This document shows positions 30,745 to 39,519 of a stretch of 64,000 nt of DNA, piece after piece (positions within the stretch are counted from its first letter, which is position 1; the number at the start of each line of letters is the position of its first letter). Source of the DNA: Paramoeba atlantica. Lineage: Eukaryota; Protista; Discosea. The position numbers and the translations under genes are program-made. The stretch is from the NCBI GenBank assembly GCA_977017575.1, contig CDRNVI010000045.1, forward strand, positions 124,001-188,000. Reading direction: 5' to 3'. Under the pieces are notes generated by a model, which saw only the letters and a program-made list of their open reading frames with translations, had not been told where the DNA came from and did not search any database.

Positions 30745-33700
30745 TTTTTTTTTTATCATGCAGTATGACTGCAGAGATTGTCACCTAAGAAAAATACACG
30801 CAGATCATGTATAAACCCCGCACAAAACGGGTTTCCCTTAAGCTTTTCATCATCGCTATATGCTGGCTTCCGTCCAGCTCGGGTTATCGCGGTTTTGAAA
30901 AACCGCGAAACTTCCTCGTATTGCTCTTTTGACAAGCTTCTGTCGACATTGCGAGGCGGTGGCCTTGTTACCTCCGAAAAGTGAGTTGAGCGCTCGCGTA
31001 GAGGAGTTGAGCTTCCCTCTGGCCCCCACTTCGATGACAAGAAGAAAGGTTGCCGGGTTAGTCATTTTCCTTTCGAGAAACAGATTCCCGTACTTCCGCA
31101 CTTTCCGCTCATGTGAGGATAAAAAGTTTTCCTCCCACGGAGAAGTGAGCTCAAGTATGAACTCAGTACCATTATGTAGCTTGATCCACCCATCAGGTCT
31201 AAGGGCCGTGTCCTGTTGACTTAGCCATGTTGGGGGGTTTCGGTAAAGAGAAAGATCAAAGTGGTACTGCGCTGTTTCTGGGGATGCTCTTACGGCATCT
31301 GCGATAGCGTGGAGTATAAGATCATGGCGGAACGTGTAGCGGCCCTGTTCAAGGGCCACCTTGCACCCTGTGAGGACATGTCGAACTGTCTGCACCTCCT
31401 CATTGCAAATGGGACACTTTGTGTCCGTGTGCGTACTTAGACCCCAACGACGCAGTGCTGAACGAGTAGGTAGTGGTATTTGGGTCAACACAGATGCAGT
31501 AAACCGGGAGAGTGCCTCACTGTTGATGTTACATACCGCAGCAGCAAAGTCTTTCGCAAGTTCGTCCTCAGTGGCCATACGGAACCACTGTGCCGCTATG
31601 GGAGCCCGTCGTTGCACGGATTCGGAAAGGTGTCGCTCGTATTCACTCTCAATGAACCGCCGTGTCGCCACACGGTCTTCTCGTCGGTCGTACAGTTCAA
31701 CTACTGGTTGGACGTGTCCCGTTGAGCGCTTGTGCAGTTCCCTGCGGATGCGGTGTCTTAAAGCCTGTTGCACAGCCGGGTCACGTGATTTCTGCATTTG
31801 CTCGACCAGTGTACTCGTGCAGAGTATCCACAGCTTTGAGAAACTAGTTAAGGCCCACCCCCGCTCAGAATAGAGAAGTTCGCTGGTTGCAGTTTTGGCC
31901 ATATTCACCCATTTCCGAATGTGTGTAGTCGTAAGCTTTTGCAGCCGCAGGATGAAATTCAGTGTGATTCCCGGATTTACCGTCAGAACGTAGCGTAGAC
32001 GGGAAATAATGACGTTATTGTAGACCCAGAGGCGGGCGGGCGTATCCATGGCACTTTCAGATACGTTGATAAGCCAGTGGCGTAGTTGTGTACGGAGACT
32101 CTTGAACAACACTTTCCCTTGTTGGGCTCCAGGCGCTAGCGTCATGCCCAGAAACTGATTGCCTTTGTCGCAAACGTGGGGTATGCTTTCGCCGCCGGCA
32201 CGGATGCGCGGTCTGTGGGTTTTGTATCCTCCATCCGCTACAGCCATATACTGAAGCCGACATTTCTGTACATTTAGCCGCATGCCTAATCTGGCGAGCA
32301 CCTTTACCAGGGCGTTAGTAACATGCCGCATTTCTTCGGGTGATTTGGTAATGACGGCAAGGTCGTCCGCAAACGCCTTAAGGAATGATTCTTGCCCGCC
32401 CCATGTGATGCCATATCCTGGAAAGCTGGATCGAAGGTACCTTAAAACTACCTCCATCGCAAGGTTGAATAGCACAGGAGATAGGGTGTCGCCTTGAAGA
32501 ACGCCTCGTTCAACGGGAATGTGGTTAGTCAACCCCTCAGCACACTTGACTCGGAGAGAAGCACTGGTATAGAGGGAGTGAACATATTCGATGATAATCG
32601 GCGACACCTTTGCCCATTGCAATACTTGGAAGAGGATCGAGTGTGGAAGAGAACCAAAGGCGTTTTTCAGGTCGAATTGACCCAAGCAGTATTGCCGTTT
32701 GTGCTGCCTCTGAAAATCCAGCAGTTCACAAAGCGCTTGCGTGTGTTCGATGGTTCCATTGACATTGGGGAGAAAGCCTTTTTGTATGGTCGTGTCGATG
32801 ATCCCTGTGCTGACAGCGTGACTCAGAAGTTTGTGTCCTATGATTGAGTGGAGTAGCTTCCCCAGACAGCTGGTCAGGCTGATAGGGCGCCAGTTCGACA
32901 GTTTATCCGTAGCCCCCCCTTTGTGGATGAGTCGAGTCACCGCTTGTTTCCAGTGGGTTGGACCTACGGAGTGTTTGAGTAGGTCGTTGAATACTTGGGC
33001 GATGAAGGGGTACAGCTCAGTGCAGCGTCGGAGGAAGGCGTTACTTATGGTGTCAGGACCTGGTGCAGCGGACGGTCGCTTGGAGGAGATAGCCGCGGCT
33101 ATGGTTTGCACGTCAATATCTTCCCACTTCATTTCGCTTTCGTTTCCAGCGCCAAGAAGATCAGTGGGGGGTAGAGTGTGGGTTTCGTTGCCAATGCTTA
33201 GTGTGTCCTTGAAGAACGTTTCAATATCTGCCTGTGGACAATTCGGGAAAATCGTTGGCTGTTTTCGCATCTTCTCGTTATTTTCGAGGCATTCCCCTCC
33301 TGCCGTCCAGGGGTTCCGTTGAAATCTGTCCGTCACCCATCTTTTCTCCCTTTCACGTCGCAGGAGATTTGCTTCTTCTGTGTAGAGGTTGCGGGCTTTC
33401 GTGGCTTCTTTTATGTTGCGTATCAGGCGGTCTCTTTCCGAGCGGCCGTGTGTGTAAGAGAGTGGACGTTTTAATTGGCGGATATGTCCAGAAAGTTCCT
33501 TTGCTGAGCGATCGTAGCTGAGAGGTCGTGAAGCACGTGAAGCACGTTTGGTGTGGCCAGTCGTCGAACATAGCTTGAATCCTTTCGTTGGGTCAGCCTC
33601 CCGCGCGATTTCATAAGCCGAGACTGCTATGCAGGCAGTTAACAAATCGGCATGTCGCAGTGCTTCAGTTGGGGTTGCAGCTGGTTTAAGGTATTTCTCA

Positions 33701-35720
33701 CATCGTTCGAACGACTTCTTGATTGCGCGTTGCCATTGCTCATGAGAAAGACTAGCCATTACTCGCCCTCCTTCAATCGTACGCAAGGTACTCAGCAAGT
33801 CTTCCGCAGTTTCTGGGCTTCCTGAACGATCGTTGCGCGTTCTCATCCGTTGTGATTGCAGAATCGTGCGTACATTCGGTATACTATTTGGTTGCGTGTC
33901 ATGATGTGGTAAATCCTGCTGCGTTGTACCCTGCACCTGTGTCTCGGTTTCTTCAATCACAACTATTCGGGCCTGTGTGTGATGTGCGGTCGTTTCGGCT
34001 TGCTGTTGGTCCTGTGGCATGTTCCTGTTCGTCTCGGGGTAACGTTGCGCTGCGGATCCGGTTGCATGGCCATCCCTTGTGCGTGCAGGGGCTGTGTTTT
34101 CGTTGGTACGCGTGCTCCCTGTGGTGAAGCCCCATGAAAGAAGATTGCGCAGGCTCCAGCGACTCGAGCCCGATCGGGTATCTTTAACTGGGCTTTGGAC
34201 ACCTTCCTTACAACACTTGTGCTTACATTCTTCCTTGTTGTGGCACAGGTGTTTGCAGGGTCTGTGCGAGGATTCTTCCCCCTCCGGTACCGTAGATGTG
34301 TCAGAAATTTTCCTTGCAGATGTTGGCTGTATGTGCTGCGCGTGCAGATCACGAGTGGAGGCAACATAGGTTTCATTATGTGGAATTCCAGGTCTACTGG
34401 GGTCGGTGGGTGTAGAACTATCTACCAGCACGCCAACTTTGCAACATCCATGTTTGCAATTCTGTTTGTCCCGACAGACATGCTTGCATGGCCGCCTTGT
34501 TGTGCTGTACATAGTCTGGTGTGGCTCATCTCGTAGTTGTGTCGAGTCGGTGTGGGGACTCTGAATCGTTTCCGTGGGTCGGTGCGTGCCTGCTTGAGAG
34601 GCCGGATCACATTCACCGCCTATTTTGCAACATGGGTGAAGGCATGTTAGTTTGTTTAGACATCGATACGCGCAGGGCTGTGAAAGCGTATACCCAGGTC
34701 TGGAGGCTGTTTGCTGCACTGCTACTAGAGCAGTAGGAGCCGCTTCAACGAGCTGACGAGCATTCAGATCGGAGGCAGGGTCGGTAATAGGCTCGGATTC
34801 AATGCCCACTTTACAGCACGGATGTAGACATGTTTGTTTGCTTAGGCATCGGTGTGCGCACGGCTGCGAACGCGTGGACTCAGGTCGTCTGGGCGCTGTT
34901 GAATGTGGCGAAGCGTCAACCATGGAACCTGCTTCACCGAGCTGGCGCGCGTTCGGATCGGAGGCAGGGTCGGGAATAGGTTCGGATTCAATGCCCACTT
35001 TACAGCATGGATGGAGACATGTTAGTTTGTTTAGGCATCGGTGCGCGCACGGCTGCGTACGTAACGACCGTGTTCCTCGAGAATCATTCGGTTGCCTCGG
35101 CGCGCGAATTGCGAATGGCTCATCATACGAGATCTTGGGATTTTCCCAAGGGATTTCGTCGGACGTCTGTTCCCTCTGCGATACGTGGGTTATGTCGAAG
35201 GATGCCAATCCTGGGATATCGTGACCAGCCAGTTTCTTCTTAATCGCCCTACCGAGTGTGCCAGGGCAAGAGTATTGTTGGCTGAGATTCAGGACTTCGT
35301 CTGCGTGCGCCGCGGTCCAGCTGGCGTGTCGAAAAATGCGGTGGGGCGGCGCAGTTTCTTTGAACACAAAGTGTTCACAAGCTTCTTCGTCCATCACTTC
35401 TTGTAAGGTGCATTTCTCGATTAGAATACCATCGGTTCTCTTCGCTCCAGTATCCAAAGTGCGTGCCAAGGAAAGCTCCGCTGTGATTTCTGTATTAAAG
35501 TGTTTCTTTTCAGTAAGGAAGGAGGCCGCCGCGTGAATATCGGAGAAGTATATCCAAAGCGAGGAAGTCGAGTGTCTGATTTTAATCGGTATTGCGCGCT
35601 GCTGAGTGAAGTGGAAGCTGTGCTTACGCGATGATTTTGCGCCAGCAGATCCTCGAGGGAGGTCGCCTTGCGCTTGGGGGGCAGAGGTGGAGGGGGGAAG
35701 TGCCATGCCCCAGTAGGGGA
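30745..35720 (-). mobile_element. R2-group (RLE-type; NeSL/HERO-like) non-LTR retrotransposon
   Basis: Single long ORF, 3' UTR of about 100 nt with two small hairpins and an A10 tail (T-run 30745-30754). The 3' UTR may extend to the T-run at 30494. The 5' boundary abuts VIPER-like DNA at about 35720. Confidence 0.85.
30856..35706 (-). CDS. RT plus restriction-like endonuclease polyprotein with five N-terminal Cys/His repeats
   Basis: NWRPISL, FDLKNAFGSLPH, GVLQGDTLSP, AFADD; CPICNEEVQTVRHVLTGC zinc knuckle; GRYTFRHD, RPDG, ILELT...KVRKY (RLE). Confidence 0.92.
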   Translation of the reverse strand: MALPPSTSAPQAQGDLPRGSAGAKSSRKHSFHFTQQRAIPIKIRHSTSSLWIYFSDIHAAASFLTEKKHFNTEITAELSLARTLDTGAKRTDGILIEKCTLQEVMDEEACEHFVFKETAPPHRIFRHASWTAAHADEVLNLSQQYSCPGTLGRAIKKKLAGHDIPGLASFDITHVSQREQTSDEIPWENPKISYDEPFAIRAPRQPNDSRGTRSLRTQPCAHRCLNKLTCLHPCCKVGIESEPIPDPASDPNARQLGEAGSMVDASPHSTAPRRPESTRSQPCAHRCLSKQTCLHPCCKVGIESEPITDPASDLNARQLVEAAPTALVAVQQTASRPGYTLSQPCAYRCLNKLTCLHPCCKIGGECDPASQAGTHRPTETIQSPHTDSTQLRDEPHQTMYSTTRRPCKHVCRDKQNCKHGCCKVGVLVDSSTPTDPSRPGIPHNETYVASTRDLHAQHIQPTSARKISDTSTVPEGEESSHRPCKHLCHNKEECKHKCCKEGVQSPVKDTRSGSSRWSLRNLLSWGFTTGSTRTNENTAPARTRDGHATGSAAQRYPETNRNMPQDQQQAETTAHHTQARIVVIEETETQVQGTTQQDLPHHDTQPNSIPNVRTILQSQRMRTRNDRSGSPETAEDLLSTLRTIEGGRVMASLSHEQWQRAIKKSFERCEKYLKPAATPTEALRHADLLTACIAVSAYEIAREADPTKGFKLCSTTGHTKRASRASRPLSYDRSAKELSGHIRQLKRPLSYTHGRSERDRLIRNIKEATKARNLYTEEANLLRREREKRWVTDRFQRNPWTAGGECLENNEKMRKQPTIFPNCPQADIETFFKDTLSIGNETHTLPPTDLLGAGNESEMKWEDIDVQTIAAAISSKRPSAAPGPDTISNAFLRRCTELYPFIAQVFNDLLKHSVGPTHWKQAVTRLIHKGGATDKLSNWRPISLTSCLGKLLHSIIGHKLLSHAVSTGIIDTTIQKGFLPNVNGTIEHTQALCELLDFQRQHKRQYCLGQFDLKNAFGSLPHSILFQVLQWAKVSPIIIEYVHSLYTSASLRVKCAEGLTNHIPVERGVLQGDTLSPVLFNLAMEVVLRYLRSSFPGYGITWGGQESFLKAFADDLAVITKSPEEMRHVTNALVKVLARLGMRLNVQKCRLQYMAVADGGYKTHRPRIRAGGESIPHVCDKGNQFLGMTLAPGAQQGKVLFKSLRTQLRHWLINVSESAMDTPARLWVYNNVIISRLRYVLTVNPGITLNFILRLQKLTTTHIRKWVNMAKTATSELLYSERGWALTSFSKLWILCTSTLVEQMQKSRDPAVQQALRHRIRRELHKRSTGHVQPVVELYDRREDRVATRRFIESEYERHLSESVQRRAPIAAQWFRMATEDELAKDFAAAVCNINSEALSRFTASVLTQIPLPTRSALRRWGLSTHTDTKCPICNEEVQTVRHVLTGCKVALEQGRYTFRHDLILHAIADAVRASPETAQYHFDLSLYRNPPTWLSQQDTALRPDGWIKLHNGTEFILELTSPWEENFLSSHERKVRKYGNLFLERKMTNPATFLLVIEVGARGKLNSSTRALNSLFGGNKATASQCRQKLVKRAIRGSFAVFQNRDNPSWTEASI

Positions 35721-35750
35721 GGATAACAGTTAGTACAAATGATGAAATAA

Positions 35751-36735
35751 TTCAACAAGGTACAGAAAGAGAGATTTCAGTACATATGGGACCTCCTCAT
35801 AAATCCACAACACCTGCACCCAATGAACGCAAGCCCTGCAGTTACATCCAAAAAATTGAGTATAAAAGACGTTTGCGATTTAATGGCATTAGACATTATT
35901 CGCAGGGTACCTGACGAGATATTAATTAACAGTCCTACCAAGGGCTTGATACGGCCTTTTACAAGTGTTGAAGAACGCGATTCAGGGAATCGGCGTCGTT
36001 TTGCATACTGGCCACGTCAGCACAATGAATATTTGAAGGAGTTCTACATTGCTAAAATACCAAATGGACATCCAGCATGGTACATACCACGCGTGAAAGA
36101 GCCGTGTGCAATAAAACGAGACCTTACATGCGGATTCTTTCAATTTGAGTTGCCGAAGGAAGCGCGGGAATATTATCGATTTGCATATCAAGTAGAAACT
36201 TACGAACTCAATAGAATGCCAATGGGCCATACTTGCTCAGCTGAATTGCAAGAGATAGCAACTGCCGTGTTGGCAGGCCATCCGGTGTATGCAAAAGTTC
36301 CGGCTCCAAACAACGGTGAGATTGACGTGTACATATCTCGACGGTATACGTTTTTCGGGTCCAGAAAAGGAATGCGCGTCTTATGAACAATGACTGGAAG
36401 AGCGAGCACACGACCTCTCTGTGACGTTTAAAATACCAGATTCGTACTTGGGAAAAAATTACGTTTTTTGGGGAGTTGAATATGACCACAGCAACCAACA
36501 GAGCCGAATTTCAGAGCGGTTTATTAAGAAGATCCCAACACAATTACCAACAGAAGCTCCCCTACATGTTTATGAAAGTTTAATCGCAAGACTTACATAC
36601 ATGTATGCATCAATCGTCCTTGGAATACTACTACCAAAATACTATTGGGTTTTAAAGTACATGCGTCGCCAGCTATCAGAGTGGACAAGAGGAGTGCCAA
36701 ACTCCTCGCTTATCATTTTCTTACCTTTTGAGTAA
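35751..36735 (+). pseudogene. VIPER-like RT fragment, frameshifted
   Basis: IRPFTSVEERDSGNRRRFAYWP, KRDLTCGFFQFEL, RMPMGHTCSAE, YLDGIR (after a frameshift near 36335), FWGVEYDH; collinear with 60231-61348. Confidence 0.8.
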
Positions 36736-36899
36736 TGTCTCGGCTGAAAGCGGGCAGCGTGTTGGCGGAGTAATTATTTACTGTTTTTTGTATGTGCTTA
36801 TTATTCGTGATATTTTACCAATTTCTATTGTTTATGCAGGTATGTAATAACTTTTTACTGCTACTACTATTTATCATGTCAATTGGGCCACTGACAGGC

Positions 36900-37217
36900 T
36901 GGATCAGGTCTCCAGAACCAGCCCCCCGAGTTGGACCCCTCGCCAACCCCTTAACATCTACCCCCACCCCATCATTCGCCACAGAACCCCCTCATCATAC
37001 GAAAAAGAGCCTTTCGATGGAGGATAAGCTGTCGATCAGCAGATCGAGTGAATCCATAAAATCGCTTTCCAAAAAGCAACACGTTTCAGAGCAATGTGTC
37101 TACCAAATAAAACAAGAAGGACCTGAGGTATATCAAGAACGCATCAATCGTGGGGGGAGAAATCGCAAAAGAGAACGGGGTGCGAATTCTGCGCGCAGAG
37201 CTGCGGAAGAAAAATGA
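36900..37217 (+). pseudogene. pogo-like transposase N-terminal HTH fragment
   Basis: KKSLSMEDKLSISRSSESIKSLSKKQHVSEQCVYQIK parallels the HTH of ORF 1-972. Confidence 0.5.
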
Positions 37218-37295
37218 CACGCTGAACTTGAGTATATAAACTTGAGTATATGAACTTGAGTATGTTGGCTGCACACATTTCTATCAACAAATCTG

Positions 37296-37977
37296 TTGTT
37301 TTCGAACTCATGCAACGTCACGGAGTATTCGAAAGCAGATCGGAAGGCTCTTTGTCCGAGAAATCGAAAGAACGGATCTACAAAAACTTTAAGTATGCTT
37401 TCGGTTGGTCTTGGCAGCGTTTTGGGAGAAAACGCGTTATTGCACCTGCAGATCTTGAGACTAGAATCGTCTCTTGATCGAGGCAGCTGTACACGCAGCA
37501 TCGCATTCGTCAACCGAGCATACAACGGGGTCTCGATGGCCACTCAGCTCATTCAGTGCTTGAAGAACAGTCTGGGGGAAACTCGAGTTCTAAAGCTCAA
37601 ATTCCTTATGGTCGATGTTATTTAAATCCTATGACAACGATGTTATTAAATCCTATGAGGCTGCCTTTGCTCGAGGCTTCGCTTCACATTTTCCATGTAT
37701 TTCCCTCTTGTCTTGCATAGGTCATACGTTGAATAATGTATGCAAGACTACATTAAAGATTTATGAAGATCTTCCATGCTTCAAATTCAGGTGCGCATTG
37801 GCGCACGCTTTTTATTCAGGGGGCAAGACATCGGCACAGAAAGGAAAGTACAAAGGAATCGCTCTGTTACACTCGCTCGCTCGTTTTGAAGACAACGTCA
37901 CGAACGCCGAAACGCTGTTTCGCCAGGGCACCCGCACCCTTGCTACAGGGCACCCTTGTCTTCCTACCATGGAGTAA
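37296..37977 (+). pseudogene. Degenerate copy of the hAT-like transposase
   Basis: LKLKFLMVD, LLSCIGHTLNNVC and KGKYKG match the 11658-13901 protein; interrupted by a small duplication near 37610-37660. Confidence 0.75.
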
Positions 37978-39519
37978 AGCCTTTGTGCGAAATACAAAAC
38001 TCGATTGCTTATTCATTTGTGCTTTCCTAATGAACTTTCCCAAAAGAGATCCTTTGGGCGTGCAATTTAATCTCATTAATTAGCATCAAAAAATTCAGGC
38101 TTTTTCAATTGGGCTTCTTTTTCGCGTACACAGCTCCGTTTTTTTCTCTCTTTCTGATATCTCGATCTTCTCGTATCTGGGATTTCTATGGCTTGTCTCG
38201 GTGTCGTCCATTACAACTGATCATCACCTAGGGCTTCGCGAATTTCTTCCCACGAACTCAGCGTCACACTTTGACGTGACTCAATCATATATCTTCTCCG
38301 AAGAGATGTGGTCTCCTCACTTTCCGCGTAGGTAGCGGTGCGGGTGCTTCGCGCGGGGAGTAAAATCTACGACGCGAGGTCCTGGTCTCAACCGCAGCAG
38401 ACGCCCGACTGCTGAGGCGAAAAATATAAAGAAAGCTTTTATGCTTTCTTTATAGTTATTCGGACCCCTGCATAAAAGAAATGAAAGCAAGGATCTTGGA
38501 CTCCTCTAGCAAAAAGGTTGGCGCTCCCAGGCTCTTCTAGGCGCTTCCAGGCGCTCCCATCCAGAGTCACCCCTCTTAGTATTTAATTTTGCTCAACTCT
38601 ACGAACCGCTAAATAGGACGGAACTAACGTATAGAAACTAATGTAGAAAAAATGCAACGAATAATCAGCCGGTAGACCGCTTCAGCGTGTATTTCTAGGA
38701 GCAAATTAGCGAAAATTAAAGAAATTACAGGGCAATGTAAAGGATGGGGGTCATACTCTTCTACGAATAATGTACCCCCCTACTTAAGTGTCACCGTTTT
38801 CGGGAAAAGGGACAATTAAATGGTGGGGTACAGTACTAGTACAATTTGCCGCCGTGGTAGTCTGCGGGACGCGAATCTATTAGACGAAACAAAGAGTCAC
38901 CCCCGCTAGAAGCCGCGAAATGCGATCACCAACCAGGGCAAGCAAAGACTGAGCTGTACGCTGTGAGGAGTGCATTGGGGGGGACGTCAATTCGATTCTA
39001 TATCTATATTTCGATTCATTCTTAAGAACTGCACTTCAGTTAGCTATACGTTCTATGCACGCTGCATTGGTATTTATTCTCTTCGGTGATACTTGTAGGA
39101 AGTATGCGTTGTTTTCCAACATGAAATAAAGAACACGCGCGTGTCAATCATTGTTGTGAAGCTTGTGTACCTAAGCGTCAAAAATTAAACCAGTTTATTA
39201 GCACTATAACAATACTTAAAAAGTGGTTTTCTTGTTTCGTATAAAGGAACTTCTACGAACTCCTGTAAGTTGACTATGCAGAAAAAGTCATCAAGCGATT
39301 GACCCAATTCACATAAGTAATAACCAATCAAAAACATGATTGTCACGAAATTGCATTCGATACCAAAAATACATCAATTATATTGAAAGTTCGATTTACA
39401 CATTCTGCCTCGATTTACACATGCTGTTATCTGGAGTACACACATTATGTCTGCATGACACTTCGTGCGGTAAAAACTCCTTCCACCTCTTTCATTACTC
39501 TTACTACGTTTACAAAAGA

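Noticed and set aside
30731-30745. 11-bp inverted match between the 3' flank (CACTTCCCCCC) and the ORF start region (35693-35703) of the RLE element
   Set aside because: Low-complexity G/C run, likely chance; it is not a TSD.
38100-38420. Possible coding remnant on the minus strand
   Set aside because: It contains stops and no recognisable motif; could not be assigned.
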